64,000 bases of DNA from the NCBI GenBank assembly GCA_964016885.1, contig OZ024741.1, positions 130,448,001 through 130,512,000 on the forward strand, read 5' to 3'. Numbering within the stretch: position 1 is the first letter of the stretch; the number at the start of each line of letters is the position of its first letter. Positions 15,001-30,000 of the stretch are shown in pieces. The notes beneath the pieces were generated by a model. It searched no databases. It was not told the origin of the DNA and worked only from the letters and a program-made list of their open reading frames with translations. This stretch comes from Eledone cirrhosa. Lineage: Eukaryota. A program made the translations under genes and the position numbers.

Positions 15001-18000
15001 TGTCTGTGTAACTAGGGTTGGAAGCAGTGAACATATAACTTTACACATCATATTTGTCTGTGTAACTAGGGTTGGAAGCAGTGAACATATAACTTTACAC
15101 ATCACATTTGTCTGTGTAACTAGGGTTGGAAGCAGTGAACATATAATTTTACACATCATATTTGTCTGCGTAACTCGGGTTGGAAGCGGTGAACATATAA
15201 CTTTACACATCATATTTGTCTGTGTAACTAGGGTTGGAAGCAGTGAACATATAATTTTACACATCATATTTGTCTGCGTAACTCGGGTTGGAAGCGGTGA
15301 ACATATAACTTTACACATCATATTTGTCTGTGTAACTAGGGTTGGAAGCGGTGAACATATAACTTTACACATCATATTTGTCTGTGTAACTAGGGTTGGA
15401 AGCGGTGAACATATAACTTTACACATCATATTTGTCTGTGTAACTAGGGTTGGAAGCAGTGAACATATAACTTTACACATCATATTTGTCTGTGTAACTA
15501 GGGTTGGAAGCGGTGAACATATAACTTTACACATCACATTTGTCTGTGTAACTAGGGTTGGAAGCAGTGAACATATAATTTTACACATCATATTTGTCTG
15601 CGTAACTCGGGTTGGAAGCGGTGAACATATAACTTTACACATCATATTTGTCTGTGTAACTAGGGTTGGAAGCAGTGAACATATAACTTTACACATCATA
15701 TATGTGTGTGTAACTCGGGTTGGAAGCGGTGAAAATATAACTTTACACATCATATGTGTCTGTGGAACTAGGGTTCGAAGCGGTGAACATATAACTTTAC
15801 ACATCATATTTGTCTGTGTAACTATGGTTGGAAGCAGTGAACATATAACTTAACACATCATATTTGTCTGTGTAACTAGGGTTGGAAGCGGTGAACATAT
15901 AACTTTACACATCATAGATGTCGGTGTAACTAGAGTTGGAAGCAGTGAATATATAACTATACACATCATATTTGTCTGTGTAACTAGGGTTGGAAGCAGT
16001 GAACATATAACTTTACACATCATATTTGTCTGTGTAACTAGGGTTGGATGCGGTGAACATATAACTTTACACATCATATTTGTCTGTGTAACTAGGGTTG
16101 GAAGCGGTGAACATATAACTTTACACATCATATTTGTCTGTGTAACTAGGGTTGGAAGCGGTGAACATATAACTTTACACATCATATTTGTCTGTGTAAC
16201 TAGGGTTGGAAGCAGTGAACATATAACTTTACACATCATATTTGTCTGTGTAACTAGGGTTGGAAGCGGTGAACATATAATTTTAAACATCATATTTGTC
16301 TGTGTAACTAGGTTTGGAAGCAGTGAACATATAACTTTACACATCATATTTGTCTGTGTAACTAGGGTTGGAAGCAGTGAACATACAACTTTACACAACC
16401 TATTTGTCTGTGTAACTAGGGTTGGAAACAGTGAACATATAAATTTACACATCATATTTGTCTGTGTAACTAGGGTTGGAAGCAGTGAACATACAATTTT
16501 ACACAACCTATTTGTCTGTGTAACTAGGGTTGGAAGCCGTGAACATATAACTTTACACATCATATTTGTCTGTGTAACTAGGGTTGGAAGCAGTAAACAT
16601 ATAACTTTACACATCATATTTGTCTGTGTAACTAGGGTTGGAAGCAGTGAACATATAACTTTACACATCATATTTGTCTATGTAACTAGGGTTGGAATTA
16701 GTGAACATATAACTTTACATATCATATTTGTCTGTGTAACTAGGGTTGGAAGCAGTGAACATATAACTTTACACATCATATTTGTCTGTGTAACTAGGGT
16801 TGGAAGCGGTGAACATATAACTTTACACATCATATTTGTCTGTGTAACTAGGGTTGGAAGCAGTGAACATATTACTTTACACATCATATTTGTCTGTTTA
16901 ACTAGGGTTGGAAGCGGTGAACATATAACTTTACACATCATATTTGTCTGTGTAACTAGGTTTGGAAGCAGTGAACATATAACCTTACACATCATATTTG
17001 TCTGTGTAACTAGGGTTGGAAGCAGTGAACATACAACTTTACACAACCTATTTGTCTGTGTAACTAGGGTTGTAAACAGTGAACATATAAATTTACACAT
17101 CATATTTGTCTGTGTAACTAGGATTGGAAGCAGTGAACATATAACTTTACACATCATATTTGTCTGTGTAACTAGGGTTGGAAGCAGTGAACATATAACT
17201 TTACACATCATATTTGTCTGTGTAACTAGGTTTGGAAGCAGTGAACATACAACTTTACACATCTTATTTGTCTGTGTAACTAGAGTTGGAAGCAGTGAAC
17301 ATATAAGTTTACACATCATATTTGTCTGCAGAACTAGGGTTGGAAGCAGTGAACATATAACTTCACACATCATAATTGTCTGTGTAACTAGGGTTGGAAG
17401 CGGTGAACATATAACTTTACACATCATATTTGTCTGCGGAACTAGGGTTAGAAGCAGTGAACATATAACTTCACACATCATATTTGTCTGTGTAACTAGG
17501 GTTGGAAGCAGTGAACATATAACTTTACACATCATATTTGTCTGTGTAACTAGGGTTGGAAGCGGTGAACATATAACTTTACACATCATATTTGTCTGTG
17601 TAACTAGAGTTGGAAGCAGTGAACATATAACTTTGCACATCATATTTGTCTGTGTAACTAGGGTTGGAAGCAGTGAACATATAACTTTAGACATCATATT
17701 TGTCTGTGTAACTAGGGTTGGAAGCGGTGAACATATAACTTTACACATCATATTTGTCTGTGTAACTAGGGTTGGAAGCGGTGAACATATAACTTTACAC
17801 ATCATATTTGTCTGTGTAACTAGGGTTGGAAGCAGTGAACATATAACTTTACACATCATATTTGTCTGTGTAACTAGGGTTGGAAGCAGTGAACATATAA
17901 CTTTACACATCACATTTGTCTGTGTAACTAGGGTTGGAAGCAGTGAACATATAATTTTACACATCATATTTGTCTGCGTAACTCGGGTTGGAAGCGGTGA

Positions 18001-21000
18001 ACATATAACTTTACACATCATATTTGTCTGTGTAACTAGGGTTGGAAGCAGTGAACATATAATTTTACACATCATATTTGTCTGCGTAACTCGGGTTGGA
18101 AGCGGTGAACATATAACTTTACACATCATATTTGTCTGTGTAACTAGGGTTGGAAGCGGTGAACATATAACTTTACACATCATATTTGTCTGTGTAACTA
18201 GGGTTGGAAGCGGTGAACATATAACTTTACACATCATATTTGTCTGTGTAACTAGGGTTGGAAGCAGTGAACATATAACTTTACACATCATATTTGTCTG
18301 TGTAACTAGGGTTGGAAGCGGTGAACATATAACTTTACACATCACATTTGTCTGTGTAACTAGGGTTGGAAGCAGTGAACATATAATTTTACACATCATA
18401 TTTGTCTGCGTAACTCGGGTTGGAAGCGGTGAACATATAACTTTACACATCATATTTGTCTGTGTAACTAGGGTTGGAAGCAGTGAACATATAACTTTAC
18501 ACATCATATATGTGTGTGTAACTCGGGTTGGAAGCGGTGAAAATATAACTTTACACATCATATGTGTCTGTGGAACTAGGGTTCGAAGCGGTGAACATAT
18601 AACTTTACACATCATATTTGTCTGTGTAACTATGGTTGGAAGCAGTGAACATATAACTTAACACATCATATTTGTCTGTGTAACTAGGGTTGGAAGCGGT
18701 GAACATATAACTTTACACATCATAGATGTCGGTGTAACTAGAGTTGGAAGCAGTGAATATATAACTATACACATCATATTTGTCTGTGTAACTAGGGTTG
18801 GAAGCAGTGAACATATAACTTTACACATCATATTTGTCTGTGTAACTAGGGTTGGATGCGGTGAACATATAACTTTACACATCATATTTGTCTGTGTAAC
18901 TAGGGTTGGAAGCAGTGAACATATAACGTTGCACATCATATTTGTCTGTGTAACTAGGGTTGGAAGCAGTGAATATATAACTTTACACATCATATTTGTC
19001 TGTGTAACTAGGGTTGGAAGCAGTGAACATATAACTTTACACATCATATTTGTCTGTGTAACTAGGGTTGGAAGCGGTGAACATATAACTTTACACATCA
19101 TATTTGTCTGTGTAACTAGGTTTGGAAGCAGTGAACATATAAATTTACACATCATATTTGTCTGTGTAACTAGGGTTGGAAGCAGTGAACATACAACTTT
19201 ACACAACCTATTTGTCTGTGTAACTAGGGTTGGAAACAGTGAACATACAAATTTACACATCATATTTGTCTGTGTAACTAGGGTTGGAAGCAGTGAACAT
19301 ATAACTTTACACATCATATTTGTCTGTGTAACTAGGGTTGGAAGCAGTGAACATATAACTTTACACATCATATTTGTCTGTGTAACTAGGGTTGGAAGCA
19401 GTGAACATATAACTTTACACATCATATTTGTCTGTGTAACTAGGGTTGGAAGCAGTGAACATATAACTTTACACATCATATTTGTCTGTGTAACTAGGGT
19501 TGGAAGCGGTGAACATATAACTTTACACATCATACTTGTCTGTGTAACTAGAGTTGGAAGCAGTGAACATATAAATTTACACATCATATTTGTCTGTGTA
19601 ACTAGGGTTGGAAGCAGTGAACATATAACTTTACACATCATATTTGTCTGTGTAACTAGGGTTGGAAGCGGTGAACATATAACTTTACACATCATATTTG
19701 TCTGTGTAACTAGGGTTGGAAGCCGTGAACATATAATTTAACACATCATATTTGTCTGTGTAACTAGGGTTGGAAGCGGTGAACATATAACTTTACACAT
19801 CATATTTGTCTGTGTAACTAGGGTTGGAAGCGGTGAACATATAACTTTACACATCATATTTGTCTGTGTAACTAGGGTTGGAAGCCGTGAACATATAATT
19901 TAACACATCATATTTGTCTGTGTAACTAGGGTTGGAAGCGGTGAACATATAACTTTACACATCATATTAGTCTGTGTAACTAGGGTTGGAAGCAGTGAAC
20001 ATATAACTTTACAAATCATATTTGTCTGTGTAACTAGGGTTAGAAGCGGTGAACACACAACTTTACACATCATATTTGTCTGTGTAACTAGGGTTGGAAG
20101 CAGTGAACATATAACTTTACACATCATATTTGTCTATGTAACTAGGGTTGGAATTAGTGAACATATAACTTTACACATCATATTTGTCTGTGTAACTAGG
20201 GTTGGAAGCATTGAACATATAACTTTACACTTCATATTTGTCTGTGTAACTAGGGTTGGAAGCAGTGAACATATAACTTTACACATCATATTTGTCTGTG
20301 TAACTAGGGTTGGAAGCGGTGAACATATAACTTTACACATCATATTTGTCTGTGTAACTAGGGTTGGAAGCATTGAACATATAACTTTACACTTCATATT
20401 TGTCTGTGTAACTAGGGTTGGAAGCAGTGAACATATAACTTTACACATCATTTTTGTCTGTGTAACTAGGGTTGGAAGCGGTGAACATATAACTTTACAC
20501 ATCATATTTGTCTGTGTAACTAGGGTTGGAAGCGGTGAACATATAACTTTACACATCATATTTGTCTGTGTATCTAGGGTTGGAAGCCGTGAACATATAA
20601 TTTAACACATCATATTTGTCTGTGTAACTAGGGTTGAAAGCAGTGAACATATAACTTTACACATCATATTTGTCTGTGTAACTAGGGTTGGAAGCAGTGA
20701 ACATATAACTTTACACATCATATTTGTATGTGTAACTAGGGTTGGAAGCGGTGAACATATAACTTTACACATCATATTTGTCTGTGTAACTAGGTTTGGA
20801 AGAAGTGAACATATAACTTTACACATCATATTTGTCTGTGTAACTAGGGTTGGAAGCAGTGAACATACAACTTTACACAACCTATTTGTCTGTGTAACTA
20901 GGGTTGGAAACAGTGAACATATAAATTTACACATCATATTTGTCTGCGGAACTAGGGTTGGAAGCAGTGAACATATAACTTCACACATCATATTTGTCTG

Positions 21001-24000
21001 TGTAACTAGGGTTGGAAGCGGTGAACATATAACTTTACACATCATATTTGTCTGTGTAACTAGGGTTGGAAGCAGTGAACATATAACTTTACACATCATA
21101 TTTGTCTGTGTAACTAGGGTTGGAAGCGGTGAACATATAACTTTACACATCATATTTGTCTGTGTAACTAGGGTTGGAAGCAGTGAACATATAACTTCAC
21201 ACATCATATTTGTCTGTGTAACTAGGGTTGGAAGCAGTGAACATATAACTTTACACATCATATTTGTCTGTGTACCTAGGGTTGGAAGCGGTGAACATAT
21301 AACTTTACACATCATATTTGTCTGTGTAACTAGAGTTGGAAGCAGTGAACATATAACTTTACACATCATATTTGTCTGTGTAACTAGGGTTGGAAGCAGT
21401 GAACATATAACTTTACACATCATATTTGTCTGTGTAACTAGGGTTGGAAGCGGTGAACATATAACTTTTCACATCATATTTGTCTGTTTAACTAGGGTTG
21501 GAAGCAGTGAACATATAACTTTACACATCATATTTGTCTGTGTAACTAGGGTTGGAAGCAGTGAACATATAACTTTACACATCACATTTGTCTGTGTAAC
21601 TAGGGTTGGAAGCAGTGAACATATAATTTTACACATCATTTTTGTCTGCGTAACTCGGGTTGGAAGCGGTGAACATATAACTTTACACATCATATTTGTC
21701 TGTGTAACTCGGGTTGGAAGCGGTGAACATATAACTTTACACATCATATTTGTCTGTGTAACTAGGGTTGGAAGCAGTGAATATATAACTTTACACATCA
21801 TATTTTTCTGTGTAACTAGGGTTTGAAGCAGTGAACATATAACTTTACACATCATATTTGTCTGTGTAACTAGGATTGGAAGCGGTGAATATATAACTTC
21901 ACAAATCATATTTGTCTGTGTAACTAGGGTTGGAAGCAGTGAACATATAACTTCACACATCATATTTTTCTGTGTAACTAGGGTTTGGAAGCGGTGAATA
22001 TATAACTTTACACATCATATTTGTCTGTGTAACTAGGGTTGGAAGCAGTGAACATATAACTTTACACATCATATTTGTCTGTGTAACTAGGGTTGGAAGC
22101 AGTGAACATATAACTTTACACATCATATTTGTCTGTGTAACTAGGGTTGGAAGCGGTGAACATATAACTTTACACATCATATTTGTCTGTGTAACTAGGG
22201 TTGGAAGCCGTGAACATATAATTTAACACATCATATTTGTCTGTGTAACTAGGGTTGGAAGCGGTGAACATATTACTTTACACATCATATTTGTCTGTGT
22301 AACAAGGGTTGGAAGAAGTGAACATATAACTTTACAAATCATATTTGTCTGTGTAACAAGGGTTGAAAGCAGTGAACACACAACTTTACACATCATATTT
22401 GTCTGTGTAACTAGGGTTGGAAGCAGTGAACATATAACTTTACACATCTTATTTGTCTATGTAACTAGGGTTGGAATTAGTGAACATATAACTTTACACA
22501 TCATATTTGTCTGTGTAACTAAGGTTGGAAGCAATGAACATATAACTTTACACATCATATTTGTCTGTGTAACTAGGGTTGGAAGCAGTGAACATATAAC
22601 TTTACACATCATATTTGTCTGTGTAACTAGGGTTGGAAGCAGTGAACATATAACTTTACACATCATATTTGTCTGTGTAACTAGGGTTGCAAGCAGTGAA
22701 CATATAACTTTACACATCATATTTGTCTATGTAACTTGGGTTGGAAGCAGTGAACATATAGCTTTACACATCATATTTGTCTGTGTAACTAGGGTTGGAA
22801 GCACTGAACATATAACTTTACACATCATATTTGTCTATGTAACTAGGGTTGGAAGCAGTGAACATATAACTTTACACATCATATTTGTCTGTGTAACTAG
22901 TGTTGGAAGCGGTGAACATATAACTTTACACATCATATTTGTCTGTGTAACTAGGGTTGGAAGCGGTGAACATATAACTTTACACATCATATTTGTCTGT
23001 GTAACTAGGGTTGGAAGCAGTGAACATATAACTTTACACATCACATTTGTCTGTGTAACTAGGGTTGGAAGCAGTGAACATATAATTTTACACATCATTT
23101 TTGTCTGCGTAACTCGGGTTGGAAGCGGTGAACATATAACTTTACACATCATATTTGTCTGTGTAACTCGGGTTGGAAGCGGTGAACATATAACTTTACA
23201 CATCATATTTGTCTGTGTAACTAGGGTTGGAAGCAGTGAATATATAACTTTACACATCATATTTTTCTGTGTAACTAGGGTTTGAAGCAGTGAACATATA
23301 ACTTTACACATCATATTTGTCTGTGTAACTAGGATTGGAAGCGGTGAATATATAACTTCACAAATCATATTTGTCTGTGTAACTAGGGTTGGAAGCAGTG
23401 AACATATAACTTCACACATCATATTTTTCTGTGTAACTAGGGTTTGGAAGCGGTGAATATATAACTTTACACATCATATTTGTCTGTGTAACTAGGGTTG
23501 GAAGCAGTGAACATATAACTTTACACATCATATTTGTCTGTGTAACTAGGGTTGGAAGCAGTGAACATATAACTTTACACATCATATTTGTCTGTGTAAC
23601 TAGGGTTGGAAGCGGTGAACATATAACTTTACACATCATATTTGTCTGTGTAACTAGGGTTGGAAGCCGTGAACATATAATTTAACACATCATATTTGTC
23701 TGTGTAACTAGGGTTGGAAGCGGTGAACATATTACTTTACACATCATATTTGTCTGTGTAACAAGGGTTGGAAGAAGTGAACATATAACTTTACAAATCA
23801 TATTTGTCTGTGTAACAAGGGTTGAAAGCAGTGAACACACAACTTTACACATCATATTTGTCTGTGTAACTAGGGTTGGAAGCAGTGAACATATAACTTT
23901 ACACATCATATTTGTCTATGTAACTAGGGTTCGAATTAGTGAACATATAACTTTACACATCATATTTGTCTGTGTAACTAAGGTTGGAAGCAATGAACAT

Positions 24001-27000
24001 ATAACTTTACACATCATATTTGTCTGTGTAACTAGGGTTGGAAGCAGTGAACATATAACTTTACACATCATATTTGTCTGTGTAACTAGGGTTGGAAGCA
24101 GTGAACATATAACTTTACACATCATATTTGTCTGTGTAACTAGGGTTGCAAGCAGTGAACATATAACTTTACACATCATATTTGTCTATGTAACTTGGGT
24201 TGGAAGCAGTGAACATATAGCTTTACACATCATATTTGTCTGTGTAACTAGGGTTGGAAGCACTGAACATATAACTTTACACATCATATTTGTCTATGTA
24301 ACTAGGGTTGGAAGCAGTGAACATATAACTTTACACATCATATTTGTCTGTGTAACTAGTGTTGGAAGCGGTGAACATATAACTTTACACATCATATTTG
24401 TCTGTGTAACTAGGGTTGGAAGCGGTGAACATATAACTTTACACATCATATTTGTCTGTGTAACTAGGGTTGGAAGCAGTGAACATATAACTTTACACAT
24501 CACATTTGTCTGTGTAACTAGGGTTGGAAGCAGTGAACATATAATTTTACACATCATATTTGTCTGCGTAACTCGGGTTGGAAGCGGTGAACATATAACT
24601 TTACACATCATATTTGTCTGTGTAACTAGGGTCGGAAGCGGTGAACATATAACTTTACACATCATATGTGTCTGTGTAACTAGGGTTGGAAGCAGTGAAC
24701 ATATAACTTTACACATCATATTTGTCTGTGTAACTAGGGTTGGAAGCAGTGAACATAGAACTTTACACGTCATATTTGTCTGTGTAACTAGGGTTGGAAG
24801 CAGTGAACATATAACTTTACACATCATATTTGTCTGTGTAACTCGGGTTGGAAGCGGTGAACATATAACTTTACACATCATATTTGTCTGTGTAACTAGG
24901 GTTGGAAGCAGTGAATATATAACTTTACACATCATGTTTGTCTGTGTAACTAGGGTTGGAAGCAGTGAACATATAACTTTACACATCATATTTGTCTGTG
25001 TAACTAGGATTGGAAGCGGTGAATATATAACTTCACAAATCATATTTGTCTGTGTAACTAGGGTTGGAAGCAGTGAACATATAACTTCACACATCATATT
25101 TTTCTGTGTAACTAGGGTTTGGAAGCGGTGAACATATAACTTTACACATCATATTTGTCTGTGTAACTAGGGTTGGAAGCAGTGAACATATAACTTTACA
25201 CATCATATTTGTCTGTGTAACTAGGGTTGGAAGCAGTGAACATATAACTTTACACATCATATTTGTCTGTGTAACTAGGGTTGGAAGCGGTGAACATATA
25301 ACTTTACACATCATATTTGTCTGTGTAACTAGGGTTGGAAGCCGTGAACATATAATTTGACACATCATATTTGTCTGTGTAACTAGGGTTGGAAGCGGTG
25401 AACATATAACTTTACACATCATATTTGTCTGTGTAACAAGGGTTGGAAGAAGTGAACATATAACTTTACAAATCATATTTGTCTGTGTAACAAGGGTTGG
25501 AAGCAGTGAGCACACAACTTTACACATCATATTTGTCTGTGTAACTAGGGTTGGAAGCAGTGAACATATAACTTTACACATCATATTTGTCTGTGTAACT
25601 AGGGTTGGAAGCACTGAACATATAACTTTACACATCATATTTGTCTATGTAACTAGGGTTGGAAGCAGTGAACATATAACTTTACACATCATATTTGTCT
25701 GTGTAACTAGGGTTGGAAGCGGTGAACATATAACTTTACACATCATATTTGTCTGTGTAACTAGGGTTGGAAGCGGTGAACATATAACTTTACACATCAT
25801 ATTTGTCTGTGTAACTAGGGTTGGAAGCAGTGAACATATAACTTTACACATCACATTTGTCTGTGTAACTAGGGTTGGAAGCAGTGAACATATAATTTTA
25901 CACATCATATTTGTCTGCGTAACTCGGGTTGGAAGCGGTGAACATATAACTTTACACATCATATTTGTCTTTGGAACTAGGGTCGGAAGCGGTGAACATA
26001 TAACTTTACACATCATATGTGTCTGTGTAACTAGGGTTGGAAGCAGTGAACATATAACTTTACACATCATATTTGTCTGTGTAACTAGGGTTGGAAGCAG
26101 TGAACATAGAACTTTACACGTCATATTTGTCTGTGTAACTAGGGTTGGAAGCAGTGAACATATAACTTTACACATCATATTTGTCTGTGTAACTCGGGTT
26201 GGAAGCGGTGAACATATAACTTTACATATCATATTTGTCTGTGTAACTAGGGTTGGAAGCAGTGAATATATAACTTTACACATCATATTTGTCTGTGTAA
26301 CTAGGGTTGGAAGCGGTGAACATATAACTTTACACATCATATTTGTCTGTGTAACTAGGGTTGGAAGCAGTGAACATATAACTTTACACATCATATTTGT
26401 CTGTGTAACTAGGGTTGGAAGCCGTGAACATATAATTTAACACATCATATTTGTCTGTGTAACTAGGGTTGGAAGCGGTGAACATATAACTTTACACATC
26501 ATATTTGTCTGTGTAACAAGGGTTGGAAGAAGTGAACATATAACTTTACAAATCATATTTGTCTGTGTAACAAGGGTTGAAAGCAGTGAACACACAACTT
26601 TACACATCATATTTGTCTGTGTAACTAGGGTTGGAAGCAGTGAACATATAACTTTACACATCATATTTGTCTGTGTAACTAGGGTTGGAAGCGGTGAACA
26701 TATAACTTTACACATCATATTTGTCTGTGTAACTAGGGTTGGAAGCAGTGAACATATAACTTTACACATCATATTTGTCTGTGTAACTAGGGTTGGAAGC
26801 AGTGAACATATAACTTTACACATCATATTTGTCTGTGTAACTAGGGTTGGAAGCAGTGAACATATAACTTTACACATCATATTTGTCTGTGTAACTAGGG
26901 TTGGAAGCAGTGAAATTATAACTTTACACATCATATTTGTCTGTGTAACTAGGGTTGGAAGCACTGAACATATAACTTTACACATCATATTTGTCTGTGT

Positions 27001-30000
27001 AACTAGGGTTGGAAGCGGTGAACATATAACTTTACACATCATATTTGTCTGTGTAACTAGGGTTGGAAGCAGTGAACATATAACTTTAAACATCATATTT
27101 GTCTGTGTAACTAGGGTTGGAAGCAGTGAACATATAACTTTACACATCATATTTGTCTGTGTAACTAGGGTTGGAAGCAGTGAAATTATAACTTTACACA
27201 TCATATTTGTCTGTGTAACTAGGGTTGGAAGCGGTGAACATATAACTTTACACATCATATTTGTCTGTGTAACTAGGGTTGGAAGCGGTGAACATATAAC
27301 TTTACACATCATATTTGTCTGTGTAACAAGGGTTGGAAGAAGTGAACATATAACTTTACAAATCATATTTGTCTGTGTAACAAGGGTTGAAAGCAGTGAA
27401 CACACAACTTTACACATCATATTTGTCTGTGTAACTAGGGTTGGAAGCAGTGAACATATAACTTTACACATCATATTTGTCTGTGTAACTAGGGTTGGAA
27501 GCGGTGAACATATAACTTTACACATCATATTTGTCTGTGTAACTAGGGTTGGAAGCAGTGAACATATAACTTTACACATCATATTTGTCTATGTAACTAG
27601 GGTTGGAAGCAGTGAACATATAACTTTACACATCATATTTGTCTGTGTAACTAGGGTTGGAAGCAGTGAACATATAACTTCACACATCATATTTGTCTGT
27701 GTAACTAGGGTTGGAAGCAGTGAACATATAACTTTACACATCATATTTGTCTGTGTAACTAGGGTTGGAAGCAGTGAACATATAACTTTACACATCATAT
27801 TTGTCTGTGTAACTAGTGTTGGAAGCGGTGAACATATAACTTTACACATCATATTTGTCTGTGTAACTAGGGTTGGAAGCGGTGAACATATAACTTTACA
27901 CATCATATTTGTCTGTGTAACTAGGGTTGGAAGCAGTGAACATATAACTTTACACATCACATTTGTCTGTGTAACTAGGGTTGGAAGCAGTGAACATATA
28001 ATTTTACACATCATATTTGTCTGCGTAACTCGGGTTGGAAGCGGTGAACATATAACTTTACACATCATATTTGTCTGTGTAACTAGGGTCGGAAGCGGTG
28101 AACATATAACTTTACACATCATATGTGTCTGTGTAACTAGGGTTGGAAGCAGTGAACATATAACTTTACACATCATATTTGTCTGTGTAACTAGGGTTGG
28201 AAGCAGTGAACATAGAACTTTACACGTCATATTTGTCTGTGTAACTAGGGTTGGAAGCAGTGAACATATAACTTTACACATCATATTTGTCTGTGTAACT
28301 CGGGTTGGAAGCGGTGAACATATAACTTTACACATCATATTTGTCTGTGTAACTAGGGTTGGAAGCAGTGAATATATAACTTTACACATCATATTTGTCT
28401 GTGTAACTAGGGTTGGAAGCAGTGAACATATAACTTTACACATCATATTTGTCTGTGTAACTAGGATTGGAAGCGGTGAATATATAACTTCACAAATCAT
28501 ATTTGTCTGTGTAACTAGGGTTGGAAGCAGTGAACATATAACTTCACACATCATATTTTTCTGTGTAACTAGGGTTTGGAAGCGGTGAACATATAACTTT
28601 ACACATCATATTTGTCTGTGTAACTAGGGTTGGAAGCAGTGAACATATAACTTTACACATCATATTTGTCTGTGTAACTAGGGTTGGAAGCAGTGAACAT
28701 ATAACTTTACACATCATATTTGTCTGTGTAACTAGGGTTGGAAGCGGTGAACATATAACTTTACACATCATATTTGTCTGTGTAACTAGGGTTGGAAGCC
28801 GTGAACATATAATTTAACACATCATATTTGTCTGTGTAACTAGGGTTGGAAGCGGTGAACATATAACTTTACACATCATATTTGTCTGTGTAACAAGGGT
28901 TGGAAGAAGTGAACATATAACTTTACAAATCATATTTGTCTGTGTAACAAGGGTTGGAAGCAGTGAGCACACAACTTTACACATCATATTTGTCTGTGTA
29001 ACTAGGGTTGGAAGCAGTGAACATATAACTTTACACATCATATTTGTCTGTGTAACTAGGGTTGGAAGCACTGAACATATAACTTTACACTTCATATTTG
29101 TCTATGTAACTAGGGTTGGAAGCAGTGAACATATAACTTTACACATCATATTTGTCTGTGTAACTAGGGTTGGAAGCGGTGAACATATAAATTTACACAT
29201 CATATTTGTCTGTGTAACTAGGGTTGGAAGCGGTGAACATATAACTTTACACATCATATTTGTCTGTGTAACTAGGGTTGGAAGCAGTGAACATATAACT
29301 TTACACATCACATTTGTCTGTGTAACTAGGGTTGGAAGCAGTGAACATATAATTTTACACATCATATTTGTCTGCGTAACTCGGGTTGGAAGCGGTGAAC
29401 ATATAACTTTACACATCATATGTGTCTTTGGAACTAGGATCGGAAGCGGTGAACATATAACTTTACACATCATATGTGTCTGTGTAACTAGGGTTGGAAG
29501 CAGTGAACATATAACTTTACACATCATATTTGTCTGTGTAACTAGGGTTGGAAGCAGTGAACATAGAACTTTACACGTCATATTTGTCTGTGTAACTAGG
29601 GTTGGAAGCAGTGAACATATAACTTTACACATCATATTTGTCTGTGTAACTCGGGTTGGAAGCGGTGAACATATAACTTTACACATCATATTTGTCTGTG
29701 TAACTAGGGTTGGAAGCAGTGAATATATAACTTTACACATCATATTTGTCTGTGTAACTAGGGTTGGAAGCGGTGAACATATAACTTTACACATCATATT
29801 TGTCTGTGTAACTAGGGTTGGAAGCAGTGAACATATAACTTTACACATCATATTTGTCTGTATAACTAGGGTTGGAAGCCGTGAACATATAATTTAACAC
29901 ATCATATTTGTCTGTGTAACTAGGGTTGGAAGCGGTGAACATATAACTTTACACATCATATTTGTCTGTGTAACAAGGGTTGGAAGAAGTGAACATATAA

